Source: Candidatus Fermentibacteraceae bacterium (GTDB lineage Bacteria > Fermentibacterota > Fermentibacteria > Fermentibacterales > JCC-6). From it: a stretch of DNA of 64,000 nucleotides. The stretch lies in NCBI GenBank assembly GCA_041750285.1, contig JBGSZS010000004.1:256001-320000 (forward strand). Reading direction: 5' to 3'. Position numbers and translations under genes: made by a program. The notes beneath the pieces were generated by a model. The model had not been told where the DNA came from. It saw only the letters and a program-made list of their open reading frames with translations, and ran no database searches. Shown here one piece after another: positions 9,262 through 18,765 of this stretch (within the stretch, counting starts at the first letter, position 1; each line of letters opens with the position of its first letter).

Positions 9262-9879
9262 TCAACGCCAGACCGAGTTTCCGCCTCCGGCCAGGGATAC
9301 GGAAAGTCCGAGAAAGTACCCTTTGAACCCCAGATCGGTTTCGGCGGCCGGAAAGATGTAGCTGGTCTGTCCGTCGAGGATGACATTGTCGGTCTTCAGG
9401 TCCATCCATACGGAACGGTACTGAAGCCTGCAGGAGAGGGGACCCCACAGGGAGATCTCGCTTCCCGCGGTGAAACCGTACCCCACGCTCCCCCCCGAAG
9501 CTTCCATGAAGCTTCCGAAATCATCGGTTCCCGAGTAGTCCCCCCAGCAGCCCGAGACTCCGGGGCCGGCAAACACCGACAGCCCTTCGAGAGGGTTGAC
9601 CACTGCCACGGGAAACACCCACAGAAGAACGGCTTCGATCTCTCCGTCCCATCCCGGAACGCCTTCCTTCCTGAACCAGGCTCCGCCCAGGAAAAGGTCA
9701 ACGGGAAGGGGGGACGCCAGAGTGGCCTCTCCCCCGAGGGACAGCCCCGGGGTCTTGAACCTCTCCTGGTAGAATCCCTCGGAGGGATCGAGGCTGCCCG
9801 CAGCAGGGCCGAAGGAGACCTCAAGGCCGCCGGGAAGCCCGGATGAAAGTAGCAGAAGAAGCGCCGCCAGGCAGCTCAT
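9262..9879 (-). CDS. Exported outer-membrane beta-barrel-like protein
   Basis: GGAGG RBS; hydrophobic signal peptide; alternating amphipathic Gly/aromatic-rich strands. Confidence 0.65.
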   Translation of the reverse strand: MSCLAALLLLLSSGLPGGLEVSFGPAAGSLDPSEGFYQERFKTPGLSLGGEATLASPLPVDLFLGGAWFRKEGVPGWDGEIEAVLLWVFPVAVVNPLEGLSVFAGPGVSGCWGDYSGTDDFGSFMEASGGSVGYGFTAGSEISLWGPLSCRLQYRSVWMDLKTDNVILDGQTSYIFPAAETDLGFKGYFLGLSVSLAGGGNSVWR

Positions 9880-9921
9880 TGAAAGATCCTCCCGGTAGTT
9901 GTGAACCCGTTTCCGAAGCGG

Positions 9922-11157
9922 TCAGACTTCCCTCGGGTCCGTTATCACACCTGTCACTGCGGCCGCGGCCGCGGTCTCGGGGCCTGCCAGGCACACCCGG
10001 GTATCAGGGGTGTCCGGCACATCCCGCGAGCCCTCCCCCGATGTCGATATGCATGTCTCCCCGGGAGCAAGGACATCCGAACGCTGCGGAATGTCGTATC
10101 CGGGTGGAAGGACCGATGCCCCCGCGAGGACGAACTCTTCGATCAGCCCGTTGCGCAGAGCCTTCAGGTAGACGTCCCGGGATGCAGGACACACGAAGAG
10201 GCGCACCCCCGGTGCGGTCTTCCTGCCCCTCATGACGTCCGCGGCCGCCTGGAGGTCTTCGGTCCCACCGTTTTCGCTGAATCCGAGCAGGACCACGTCC
10301 ACGCGCCTGCCCGCGAGATCACCGACGGGCTGTGGATCGGTGCGGGAACCGGCAGGGGCTATCATGGGGGGGATCGAATCCAGGTCGTACCGCTCGACAC
10401 AGGCGAAGTCGGCGTCGGAATCGCTCCACAGCGCCCAGCGGCAGATGGAATGCGAACAAAGGAAGTCTTCGGTGGTGCCGTCGGCCGGAAAGACGGCGAT
10501 CGATGCGCCCAGGTCGGCACCCGCTCCCGCCAGGATCATCCGTTCGTAGATCCGAAGGCCGCTGATGGCGCTTCCGTGAAACTCCACGGCTTTGCCCGCC
10601 ACGCCGCGGGTGCCCGCGAGCACCGCCAGGGCAAGGTCACGGGCGCCCACCCTTTCCCGCAGCCCTCCCGTTAACTGTATGTCAACCGTTTCGGGCACCC
10701 TTGCCTTGATGGTACCGGTGTGCCATGCCTCTGCCGCTTCCTGGACGGTTATGCGAAAGGCGGCGCAGTTGAAGGCGCCATGGGTGCAGGTGCGTCGGTC
10801 GGTGCCGCCCAGGATGCTGCCCGGAAGCGCGAGGAAGCTCTCCGCCAGAACCTGCTGGCATGCCCCCGAACCGGGTTCGTACAGGTTTCTCACTCCCGTT
10901 GCCGAGGCAAACCGGCGTATCTCGCCGTGTTCGGACGCATCTGCGCCCACCGGAGGCACGGCGCCGTCCAGGACTATGAAAAGCCTCTCCGGGTGTTTCA
11001 CCGTTCCCTCGGGGTTGCCTGTCCTGAAAGCTTCGAGGACCCTTCCGGTATCGCTGCGGGTCACAAGGAGGTCGGGCTCGATGGAGACTTCATCCCCCTC
11101 GGATACGGGATGACCTGCGGCTCTTCCCAGTATTTTACGGGCAAAGGTCTCTCCCAT
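9922..11157 (-). CDS. Aconitase/LeuC/homoaconitase large-subunit homolog lacking Fe-S ligands (probable pseudoenzyme)
   Basis: Collinear with LeuC/HacA: MGETFARKIL, LALPG, RVPET, KAVEFHG, PASRDVY, AAAVTGVITDPR. Catalytic and cysteine motifs are replaced. Confidence 0.85.
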   Translation of the reverse strand: MGETFARKILGRAAGHPVSEGDEVSIEPDLLVTRSDTGRVLEAFRTGNPEGTVKHPERLFIVLDGAVPPVGADASEHGEIRRFASATGVRNLYEPGSGACQQVLAESFLALPGSILGGTDRRTCTHGAFNCAAFRITVQEAAEAWHTGTIKARVPETVDIQLTGGLRERVGARDLALAVLAGTRGVAGKAVEFHGSAISGLRIYERMILAGAGADLGASIAVFPADGTTEDFLCSHSICRWALWSDSDADFACVERYDLDSIPPMIAPAGSRTDPQPVGDLAGRRVDVVLLGFSENGGTEDLQAAADVMRGRKTAPGVRLFVCPASRDVYLKALRNGLIEEFVLAGASVLPPGYDIPQRSDVLAPGETCISTSGEGSRDVPDTPDTRVCLAGPETAAAAAVTGVITDPREV

Positions 11158-11243
11158 GGCGATCCTTTCCGTGAAACGTGTCAACATGGATAGTATGAAG
11201 CCCGGTCAAGGTTCCTCGCAACCCGTCCCGGACCCCGGCGCAG

Positions 11244-11894
11244 TCACTCCCATGCTGGGATTTCGGAAAGACCTCGGGGGGAAAGCCCGTACACACCCCT
11301 CTCCCGCCTTTCGAACCAGCCGTACACGTTGCGGTACAGGATCGAAAGTGCATCGGGCATGGACAGGGCGCAGGAGACTGCTGAAGCCCGGGAAGGCCCG
11401 TTTTCCCTCAGGAAGAGGGCTGCTGAAAGGGCTTTTCTTCGATACATCGTCATTATGCCGCGGCGCCGGCTGCAGCCGCCGGTGTTGGGGTCGCCGGAAA
11501 GGGCGGCATGTTCACGGAGGAGCCGTCCCCTCTGTTTCCTGTTGTTTCGGGGTACGTAACGGCAGGGATCGAGTTCGGGCTGGACCGCTCCCGTGGACGG
11601 ATCGACCAGCAGCAGTCCAATACCGAGCATGCGCAGCAGCTTGGACACGCCGCGCCGGTCCGATTTCCAGAGGCCTGCCCAACTGGGCACCGCTATGTAA
11701 ACCCCGTCCGCCACGGCCAGCCTGTCAACGGCCTGCAGGATGAGGCGCAGGTTCAGAAGCAGCTTGAGCTCAACGGCCAGAACCATGCCGTCCCGCACGG
11801 CCAGAACGTCGCAGGGGCCCACTTCGCCCCTCACGGAGTACCCCTGGCCTTCCAGGAAGTCGCGGACAGGCCCGTAGAGATCGGTTTCCCTCAT
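11244..11894 (-). CDS. DUF2161 family putative PD-(D/E)XK protein
   Basis: ETDLYGPV..FLE.QGY.VRGEV..CDV, VELK, LQAVDR, GDPNTGG, MTMYR, NVYGWF. Confidence 0.85.
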   Translation of the reverse strand: MRETDLYGPVRDFLEGQGYSVRGEVGPCDVLAVRDGMVLAVELKLLLNLRLILQAVDRLAVADGVYIAVPSWAGLWKSDRRGVSKLLRMLGIGLLLVDPSTGAVQPELDPCRYVPRNNRKQRGRLLREHAALSGDPNTGGCSRRRGIMTMYRRKALSAALFLRENGPSRASAVSCALSMPDALSILYRNVYGWFERRERGVYGLSPRGLSEIPAWE

Positions 11895-12049
11895 GCCGGT
11901 ATCCTACTGAACCCCGGGAACAATGCCACGGCGATCAAGGTAGATACAGTGCCGCGGGAGGGCCTTCGGCCGGTTTCTCGAGGATTAACGGCACGAACCC
12001 TTTGTGAGACCTTGTCCGGAGCCTGTTGCTCCGGGACTTGTACGACGGC

Positions 12050-12700
12050 TCACCCGCGGTTCCCCGCCGCCCTGAAGACACCCCAGAAAACCGGTATGGT
12101 GATACCTTCCGGAAGGGATTCCCCGCTTGCGCCGAGTTGCAGCCTCAGGAACTCCCCGTCCGGTTCCTCCCGGAGCGGACCGACCTCCCCAGTCTCCACG
12201 GCTTCATAACCCGCCGCTCTGAAAGCCTCCCCCATCACCGAGCCGAACATGGGGTCAAAGCCTTCCGCTTCAAGCGAGGCGGAGAGTTCGGACACCAGGG
12301 GGCAGCCTTCCGGGTCCTGGTAGGAGAACTCACCCGCGACTGCGTACAGACCGTCTTGGCCCAGGGCCCTTCCCACCCTTCTCAGATAGGTCACGGGGTC
12401 ACCCAGCTGGTAGAGGAAGAACGAGCTGATGTAGATATCGGCGGCGGGTGTGTACCTTGTCGCGTCGGCCCTTACGAAGGTGCAGCCCTCAGGCATCCCG
12501 GGCCTTTCCACTTTGTCGATGCAGGTGATCCGTGCCGGTGTTAGTGGAAGAAGCTCGCGTGAGAGAAGGCCGCTGCCGCAGCCTGGTTCCACTATGGCCG
12601 AAACCCTTCTAAGGGGAAGCAGCGAGTAGACATGGCGCCTTGTCGCACGAAGGTTAAGGAACTGACGCCGCAGAACGGAATCCGGTGTGCGGGGGCTCAT
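12050..12700 (-). CDS. Class I SAM-dependent methyltransferase
   Basis: IVEPGCGSG motif I, CID, VRADA; ATGA overlap with the ArsR stop. Confidence 0.8.
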   Translation of the reverse strand: MSPRTPDSVLRRQFLNLRATRRHVYSLLPLRRVSAIVEPGCGSGLLSRELLPLTPARITCIDKVERPGMPEGCTFVRADATRYTPAADIYISSFFLYQLGDPVTYLRRVGRALGQDGLYAVAGEFSYQDPEGCPLVSELSASLEAEGFDPMFGSVMGEAFRAAGYEAVETGEVGPLREEPDGEFLRLQLGASGESLPEGITIPVFWGVFRAAGNRG

Positions 12701-12999
12701 TCCCTTATATGCTCGAGCCCGAGGTCCAGAAGCTTCCGCACATGGTGGTCGGCCAGGCTGTAGTGGATGTGCCGGCCCTCCCGGCGTCTGCTGACCAGTC
12801 CCGCAAGCCTGAGCTTCTTCATCTGGTGTGACACCGCCGATACGGAAAGCCCCATTTCTGCCGCAAGTTCGCAGACGCACCGGCTTCCCGCATTGAGATG
12901 GAGAAGAATGGAAAGGCGGGTGGGGTCGGAGGCCTGGAAGAACAGGTCACCCATGGCTTCTATCTCCCTGAAGGTAACGCCCTCAGGAGTCGCAGCCAC
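12697..12999 (-). CDS. ArsR/SmtB family metalloregulator
   Basis: DPTRLSIL, CVCELA, SAVSHQ, REGR..YSL, alpha5-type DHHV...EH. Confidence 0.92.
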   Translation of the reverse strand: MAATPEGVTFREIEAMGDLFFQASDPTRLSILLHLNAGSRCVCELAAEMGLSVSAVSHQMKKLRLAGLVSRRREGRHIHYSLADHHVRKLLDLGLEHIRE

Positions 13000-14230
13000 A
13001 GGAACCCCCGTCGATGCTGGCCTCGTAACCCTCGGCCCTTACGACCGCGAGGGCTGCGCATGAACTGAAGCCCTCACCGGTTTCGATCAGCGCTTTACCG
13101 GGGTCGAGGACGACCCTGACCGCCCTTACGCCGGCAAGTTTTCGAAGGGCTTCCTCGACATGTCGCACGCAGTTGCCGCAGGTCATCCCGGTGACCTTCA
13201 TTACGACCGTTTCGTTCCCGGTACCGGCAGTCATGGTCTTGATCCGTCCCTTCAGCCCCTTCAGGGCGTGAAACCCGAGAGCAACGAAGAACACACCGGC
13301 TGCGATGTTCTTCCAAAGTGGAACACCGCCAGCATGGTGTTCCCCTGAAACCCTTACGCCGGGGATGGAAACGCTGTTGAGCAGAAGCCCCGCCGCAAGG
13401 CTCACGACGACCAGTGTCAAAAGATAGCTTAGAAAGGCGTTCCTTCCCAGTGCCTTCCTGACGGCTCCCATGGTGGCGGCATTGGTCGCGGGACCAGCCA
13501 TCAGGAAAACGAGCGCCGCGCCCACGGGAAACCCGGCGTACACCATCGCGGCCGCAACGGGCACCGAAGAGACTGAACAGACATAAAGGGGAATACCCAC
13601 CGCAAGGGCTGCCAGAAGCCCGAGGGGGCCGTTCAGGACCGGCTGGTCCGCGAGGCTTCCCGGAGGGACGAAGGTGAAGATCAGGGCACTCACCGCAACA
13701 CCCGCGAGCAGGAATGCCCAGATGTCCCCCAGTATGGTTCCGAACGAGTACCTGAAGGCACGCATCAGCGCGGGGCCCTTCTCGGTCGGAACGCATGCCG
13801 GCCGGAACACCTGTTCAGCCGAGTCATCGCGGGAGTGGTCCACCAGCGTGCCGCTCACGACTCCCGCAACCAGGGCGGCGATCATCTTCGCAAGGGCCAC
13901 CGGCCAGCCCAGCATGCCCCAGGTGGCGGCAATGGAGTCCACCCCTGTCTGTGGTGTGCTGGCGAGGAATGAAACGGTCGCCCCCCGGCTCGCCCCGTCT
14001 TTCCTGAGTGCCAGCGCAGCGGGAAGAACGCCGCAGGAGCACAGAGGCAGGGGAACGCCAAGAGCAGCGGCCTTGAACGTGCTTGCAAGGCCCGGTCTGC
14101 CAAGGTGGCGCGAAATCGCTTCCCTTTTTATGAGAACATGAAGAACACCCGCCACGAGAAGCCCGAGAAACAGCGAGGGGGACAGTTCGACCGCGGTCGA
14201 CCACATGGAATGCAGGAAAGTGGTGAGCAT
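12983..14230 (-). CDS. Permease (ArsP/DUF318, SO_0444-like) with C-terminal HMA domain
   Basis: PLPLCSCGVLP, TPQTGVDS, PLYVCS, GPATN, HMA motif GMTCGNC. Confidence 0.9.
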   Translation of the reverse strand: MLTTFLHSMWSTAVELSPSLFLGLLVAGVLHVLIKREAISRHLGRPGLASTFKAAALGVPLPLCSCGVLPAALALRKDGASRGATVSFLASTPQTGVDSIAATWGMLGWPVALAKMIAALVAGVVSGTLVDHSRDDSAEQVFRPACVPTEKGPALMRAFRYSFGTILGDIWAFLLAGVAVSALIFTFVPPGSLADQPVLNGPLGLLAALAVGIPLYVCSVSSVPVAAAMVYAGFPVGAALVFLMAGPATNAATMGAVRKALGRNAFLSYLLTLVVVSLAAGLLLNSVSIPGVRVSGEHHAGGVPLWKNIAAGVFFVALGFHALKGLKGRIKTMTAGTGNETVVMKVTGMTCGNCVRHVEEALRKLAGVRAVRVVLDPGKALIETGEGFSSCAALAVVRAEGYEASIDGGSCGCDS

Positions 14231-14245
14231 TTTTACATCCTATTC

Positions 14246-14261
14246 TTGAGCAAACGTTCAA
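14246..14261. promoter_or_regulatory. SmtB/ArsR-type operator
   Basis: TTGAGCAAACGTTCAA fits the TGAA-N6-TTCA core with one mismatch and lies between the promoter and the permease start. Confidence 0.6.
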
Positions 14262-14265
14262 ATGT

Positions 14266-14293
14266 AATATAGGAAAACCGGTGAAAAGTGCAA
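14266..14293 (-). promoter_or_regulatory. Promoter of the metal permease operon
   Basis: TTGCAC-16 nt-TATATT on the minus strand. Confidence 0.5.
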
Positions 14294-14296
14294 GCC

Positions 14297-15262
14297 TCAG
14301 AATCCGAGAAGGGATTCCAGGGCGGGCAGCTCTGAGAACTGGCTTGCGGCGAACACGCCGTAAAAAGCCAGCAGCCCGACCGCCTCGATCCTGTTCAGCT
14401 TGAGGCCGCTTGTGACGAAAAGCTGGATGACAACGGCGGCAAGTATCAGAAAAGGCATGGCGAACCTGCTGAGCGCGGGGGCCACAGGTATGGGCGCGAT
14501 CAGGCAGCAGATGCCCAGGACGACAAGCTGGGTGAAGATGTTTGAGGCGTAGACCTCTCCGATTGTTACGTCAGCCTTGCGCTTCACTGTTGCTGAAAGG
14601 CTTATTGCGAGTTCGGGCAGGCTGGTGCCGAAGGCGAACACCACCACGCCCAGGGCGACTGCGGGAATTCCGGCGGCCTCACCCAGCCGGGTCCCCGAAT
14701 CAAGGGCGACCTTGGAACCACCGATCACGGCGGCTATCCCCAGGACTATCAGCGCGCCGGAACGAACGACCACACGCGCGCCGCCACGGTCAGCCCTGTC
14801 AACATGGTCCACACCCTCCCCCGCCGAGCGGAGAACGCTGATCATGTAAGGCACATAGGTCAGAATGAGTATGAGACCGTCGGAGCGGCTGAGTACACCG
14901 TCCATCGAAAGTGAAAGCACAAGGGCTGAGCAAAGGATCATCCAGCTCGATTCACGGGTCTGCACCTCCCTGCGGATCTCGATGGGCCTTATCAGCGCGC
15001 AGACGGCGGTCACGAAAGTAAGGGTGACGAAGTTCGAACCGATGACGTTGCCCAGCGAGATGTCGCCCGCCCCCCGGGCTATGGCGAAGGCGGAGACCGT
15101 GAGTTCGGGAAGGCTCGAAAGCACGCTCACGCCAAGCACGGTGACGACAAGTTCCTTGACGCCGAGTTGACGCGCGAGGGGTCCGATGCTTCGGATTATC
15201 AGCTCCGAACCGCCCCAGAGAACACCGATCCCGAGTACAAGCAGAAGGATGGGACCCGACAC
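14297..15262 (-). CDS. Sodium/calcium exchanger (YrbG family)
   Basis: Alpha repeats SSLPEL...GNVIGSN and GTSLPEL...ASNIF. GTG start overlaps the upstream TAG, with a GGGAGG RBS. Confidence 0.9.
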   Translation of the reverse strand: MSGPILLLVLGIGVLWGGSELIIRSIGPLARQLGVKELVVTVLGVSVLSSLPELTVSAFAIARGAGDISLGNVIGSNFVTLTFVTAVCALIRPIEIRREVQTRESSWMILCSALVLSLSMDGVLSRSDGLILILTYVPYMISVLRSAGEGVDHVDRADRGGARVVVRSGALIVLGIAAVIGGSKVALDSGTRLGEAAGIPAVALGVVVFAFGTSLPELAISLSATVKRKADVTIGEVYASNIFTQLVVLGICCLIAPIPVAPALSRFAMPFLILAAVVIQLFVTSGLKLNRIEAVGLLAFYGVFAASQFSELPALESLLGF

Positions 15263-15672
15263 TATCGTGATCCTCCCGGTGTCACCGTTATGGTTGCGGT
15301 GTACTCGCCGAACCCCTCCATCGAGTAGACCCTGACCTGGTATTCTCCCGGACCTGCGATGGTGTATGAGAGCGAGGTCTCTTCCGAGTACTCCTGGTCC
15401 CACTCGGCAAGGGGCGCGCCGGTCGATGTCTCGACCAGTTTCAAAAGGACCGGGAATTCCGCCGACACGATTTCGACGTTCACCCTGTCCCATCTTTCTC
15501 CGTGAAACGTGTGAACGGCGTAGTGGAAATTCATGTGGTTCGCATCGACCGGACTCCCGGCCGTCAGGACCCCGGCCGCCTCGGTCGTCACAGGCGCGGG
15601 TTCACTCTGTCCACAGGCGACCATGGCGATGAACAGCATCACGATTGCAGCAACCTTGGTCTCAGTTCTCAT
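15262..15672 (-). CDS. Putative lipoprotein, PPC-like beta domain
   Basis: AGGAGG RBS; lipobox-like MVAC; PGEYQVRV...GEYTATI. Confidence 0.7.
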   Translation of the reverse strand: MRTETKVAAIVMLFIAMVACGQSEPAPVTTEAAGVLTAGSPVDANHMNFHYAVHTFHGERWDRVNVEIVSAEFPVLLKLVETSTGAPLAEWDQEYSEETSLSYTIAGPGEYQVRVYSMEGFGEYTATITVTPGGSR

Positions 15673-15745
15673 CCGACACCTCCTGCCAAAATGGTTTCCA
15701 TGCCGAAGGTTCCACCCGGGGAAAAAGAGTCCGGTTGAGGGGTCC

Positions 15746-17359
15746 TCAGCCAATCCTGTCCAGCAGACGCTGAAGCACGGCGAGGAAAGGATCATCATCC
15801 GGACGTTGCCTCACTTCGGTGTAGTCATCGATTACCGATTCACCCCGGAGCCTGTCCTTCATCCTCGAGGCGGCGGAGCCTTCTATGATCCTGAGGAGGA
15901 TGGCTTTCAGCCTCTGTGCCGATCCAGGGTCCAGTCCTCCCGTCTGCATCAGCCTGAACAGCCCGGCACCTTCGATAAGGGCTTCATAGGCCTGAATGCC
16001 CTTGATCCTGGATTCCTCCGTCATGAAGTTCCTGCCAATGCCCGGCATCTCATCGCAGGAACAGCTCGAAAGCCTTTCCAGCGCGTCCTTCGTGAATGCG
16101 ATGACCTCGTCCGACAAGGGTCCGGTGTCGACCGGAGTGTGAACGGCGGTCGACCGGCCCGCATGTTTCCAGGCGTTGCGGACAAGGGCGTACAGGTTGT
16201 CGTAGAGCATCCATCCCGGAAAGATCTGGTTGTAGCCCTCGGGAACTCCGTGTGGACGCAGGATCGGCTGGGCGATGAGGGAGAACGGAAAAGAAACCTT
16301 CTGGGGCAGGGCTGTCAGTCCGGTGGCCAGGATCGAATGCGGGCTGCGAGTGTAATCGGCCGGAAACTTGATGCTCGTGCCCAGCCCGATGAAGAAACCC
16401 TCACCAAGTCGAAGCTCCTGGTCGGGAAGGCGCGAGGTGTGATTGCTGCCCGCGTTGGCGCCGTAACCGACGTTGCCTTTGCCCGAGGGCCACAGTGTTG
16501 CGATAAGCAGCGACTGATGGTGCATCCCGGTCAGGGGGCCGGTCAGGGAAGCGGTCATCTCGCCTTCGCCCAGAACGCTGTCGGCACCGAGAAAGGACCT
16601 GTCGAGCATTCCGTGTCTTTCGACGACGGAGCCCTCGCCGACGATGGAGTCGGTCACGAGGGCCATGGTGTCCGCACGCGCCCGCCACTGCAGAACGCTT
16701 CCGTGGAGCTGGGCCTGGTTCATGACCATGCCGTCGGGCATGACCAGGCTTCCCCTCACGGGTCCGGGGCAGGACAGCACCGCCCCCCGCATCAGAATGG
16801 AATCTTCCACGAGTGATGCGTTGGTGACGGTCGCACGGGGACCGATGACCCCGCAGACCTCCAGGGACTTCATCCTGCGGGAAATGTCCCCCACTTCATG
16901 TCTTCCCTCACCGGAAGCGAGATGGAAGGCCACGCAGTGGTCCATGGTCGGGACAATGGGCACCCTTCTGAAGCCGGTTTCCTCGCCCAGATCCATTTCG
17001 GAGAACAGAAAGGCGGGCTTCCCGCCCCAGGTAAGGACCCCGCAGTTCTCGAGCACAGAGCCTTCCAGGATCGCATAGCCCCTTATCAGGGAGCACGACC
17101 TGATCTCGACTGGACCATTGATGGTGCAGTCCTCGAGAACTGCGCCGAAGATCTCCCCTTCCGGCAGGTGCACCCGGCAATCCCCCCTGAAAACGGTGCC
17201 GGTGATCAGGGAAGGGTCCGTGCCGCCGGTGAACAAAACCCTTTCCCAGTCCGGGGACGAACAGCCTGAATCCAAAAGGCGTTTCCTTGTTTCAGGGTCT
17301 GCCGGCGAGCAGTCGAAAACGGGAACAGAACCGAAAAAACCCGCTGGTTCGTGAAGCAT
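15746..17359 (-). CDS. DUF4954-like protein with beta-helix repeats
   Basis: 537 aa ORF; GCSSPDW, HHQSLLIA, GNVGYGANAGSNHTSR, FPFSLI, PGWML. Confidence 0.65.
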   Translation of the reverse strand: MLHEPAGFFGSVPVFDCSPADPETRKRLLDSGCSSPDWERVLFTGGTDPSLITGTVFRGDCRVHLPEGEIFGAVLEDCTINGPVEIRSCSLIRGYAILEGSVLENCGVLTWGGKPAFLFSEMDLGEETGFRRVPIVPTMDHCVAFHLASGEGRHEVGDISRRMKSLEVCGVIGPRATVTNASLVEDSILMRGAVLSCPGPVRGSLVMPDGMVMNQAQLHGSVLQWRARADTMALVTDSIVGEGSVVERHGMLDRSFLGADSVLGEGEMTASLTGPLTGMHHQSLLIATLWPSGKGNVGYGANAGSNHTSRLPDQELRLGEGFFIGLGTSIKFPADYTRSPHSILATGLTALPQKVSFPFSLIAQPILRPHGVPEGYNQIFPGWMLYDNLYALVRNAWKHAGRSTAVHTPVDTGPLSDEVIAFTKDALERLSSCSCDEMPGIGRNFMTEESRIKGIQAYEALIEGAGLFRLMQTGGLDPGSAQRLKAILLRIIEGSAASRMKDRLRGESVIDDYTEVRQRPDDDPFLAVLQRLLDRIG

Positions 17360-17361
17360 CT

Positions 17362-18765
17362 TCAGGCAAGGCTTTCAAGAAGGTTCACGAGCATTTCCAT
17401 GAAGGCCCGAACTGATGCTACGCTTACCCTTTCACCGGGAATGTGCACATCCCTGATGTCAGGACCCATGCTTATCATGTCCATTCCACCCACCCTCCTG
17501 CCGATAATGCCGCACTCCAGCCCGGCATGTATCGCCAGAACCTCGGGGTCGGCGCCGTAATACTGCCTGCACGCCTTCCTGGCTTGGGCCAGCAGCAGCG
17601 AATCAGGGTCGGGCGTCCAACCCGGGTAGCCTTCGCCGGCAGCATGAGCGCAACCCGAGAGCCTGGCGATGGAGACGATCCTTTCGACCAGGGCGTCACG
17701 TGACGAATCGATGGAACTCCTGACGCTGAGGGTCACCTCGGCCGCTCGTTCATCGGTCTCCGCGACAGCGAGGTTGCACGACGTCTGGACAAGTCCGGGG
17801 ATCGTTCCGCTCATGGCAGCAACACCGTGAGGAAGGGCGAGAAGAAGGTCGAGAAGCCCGGTGGAACAACCAACGGTCAGGACCGAACGCGGGGAAGATG
17901 GTGTGGCGGCAATGACAATGCCGGTTTCGATGCCGGCGAACTCGCGTTTTATCTCATCGCCGGCCTGCGCCAGATCCTTGCGTGAAACCTCGCCCGCCAC
18001 AAGGACCCGTGCATCTCTCGGGATAGCGTTGTGCTTCGAGCCTCCTGAAAACCCGGCAACCCTGAGCCCCAGTTGCCGGCAGACCCTGGCGGCGACGCTT
18101 ATGGCGTTGGCCCTGCCCCGGTTGATCTCCATTCCCGAGTGCCCTCCCGAAAGCCCCCTGACGGTCAGTGCGGAGACCGGAACAACTCCGGGTTCCCAAT
18201 CGAGGGCCTTGGTGATGACCACGTCCCGTCCTCCGGCACAACCTATGCAAATGTTGTTCTCCTCCTCGGAGTCGAGGTTTATGAGCCTTCTGTGGACAAG
18301 CCAGTCCGGAGGGAACACCCTTGCGCCCAGCAAACCCCTTTCCTCGTCAACCGTGAACAGGCATTCCAGGGGGGGAAGGGTTGTCAGGGGAGATTCCAGC
18401 ATGGCCAGCATTATCGCAACGCCCATCCCGTTGTCGGCCCCAAGGGTCGTTCCGGTGGCGGTCACCCAGCCGTCCCGCAGTTCGGCGGTAACGCCGTCGA
18501 CAGCGGGGTCTGTCGGGCAGTCGGGAAGCCGGTCCGCCACCATGTCGGTGTGGGCCTGAAGCACGACCCCGTTTCCCCGGCCCGGCCTCCGAACCAGAAC
18601 GTTGTTCACCCCGTCGCGCTTCCACTCGAGCCCGAGAGCCTGGGCGACTCCAACGATGTAGTCGGCCGCGGCTCCCTCAGAACCGCTTGGCCTGGGAATG
18701 GCAAGAAGGGCACCGAAATGCCTCCATACCGATGCCGGCTCAAGCCCGGTGAGTGTGCCTGTCAT
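17362..18765 (-). CDS. pepD: Aminoacyl-histidine dipeptidase (M20)
   Basis: PRPSG, LQAHTDMV, TLGADNG, TVDEERG, NLDSE, GGHSG, IHAGLECG. Confidence 0.93.
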   Translation of the reverse strand: MTGTLTGLEPASVWRHFGALLAIPRPSGSEGAAADYIVGVAQALGLEWKRDGVNNVLVRRPGRGNGVVLQAHTDMVADRLPDCPTDPAVDGVTAELRDGWVTATGTTLGADNGMGVAIMLAMLESPLTTLPPLECLFTVDEERGLLGARVFPPDWLVHRRLINLDSEEENNICIGCAGGRDVVITKALDWEPGVVPVSALTVRGLSGGHSGMEINRGRANAISVAARVCRQLGLRVAGFSGGSKHNAIPRDARVLVAGEVSRKDLAQAGDEIKREFAGIETGIVIAATPSSPRSVLTVGCSTGLLDLLLALPHGVAAMSGTIPGLVQTSCNLAVAETDERAAEVTLSVRSSIDSSRDALVERIVSIARLSGCAHAAGEGYPGWTPDPDSLLLAQARKACRQYYGADPEVLAIHAGLECGIIGRRVGGMDMISMGPDIRDVHIPGERVSVASVRAFMEMLVNLLESLA

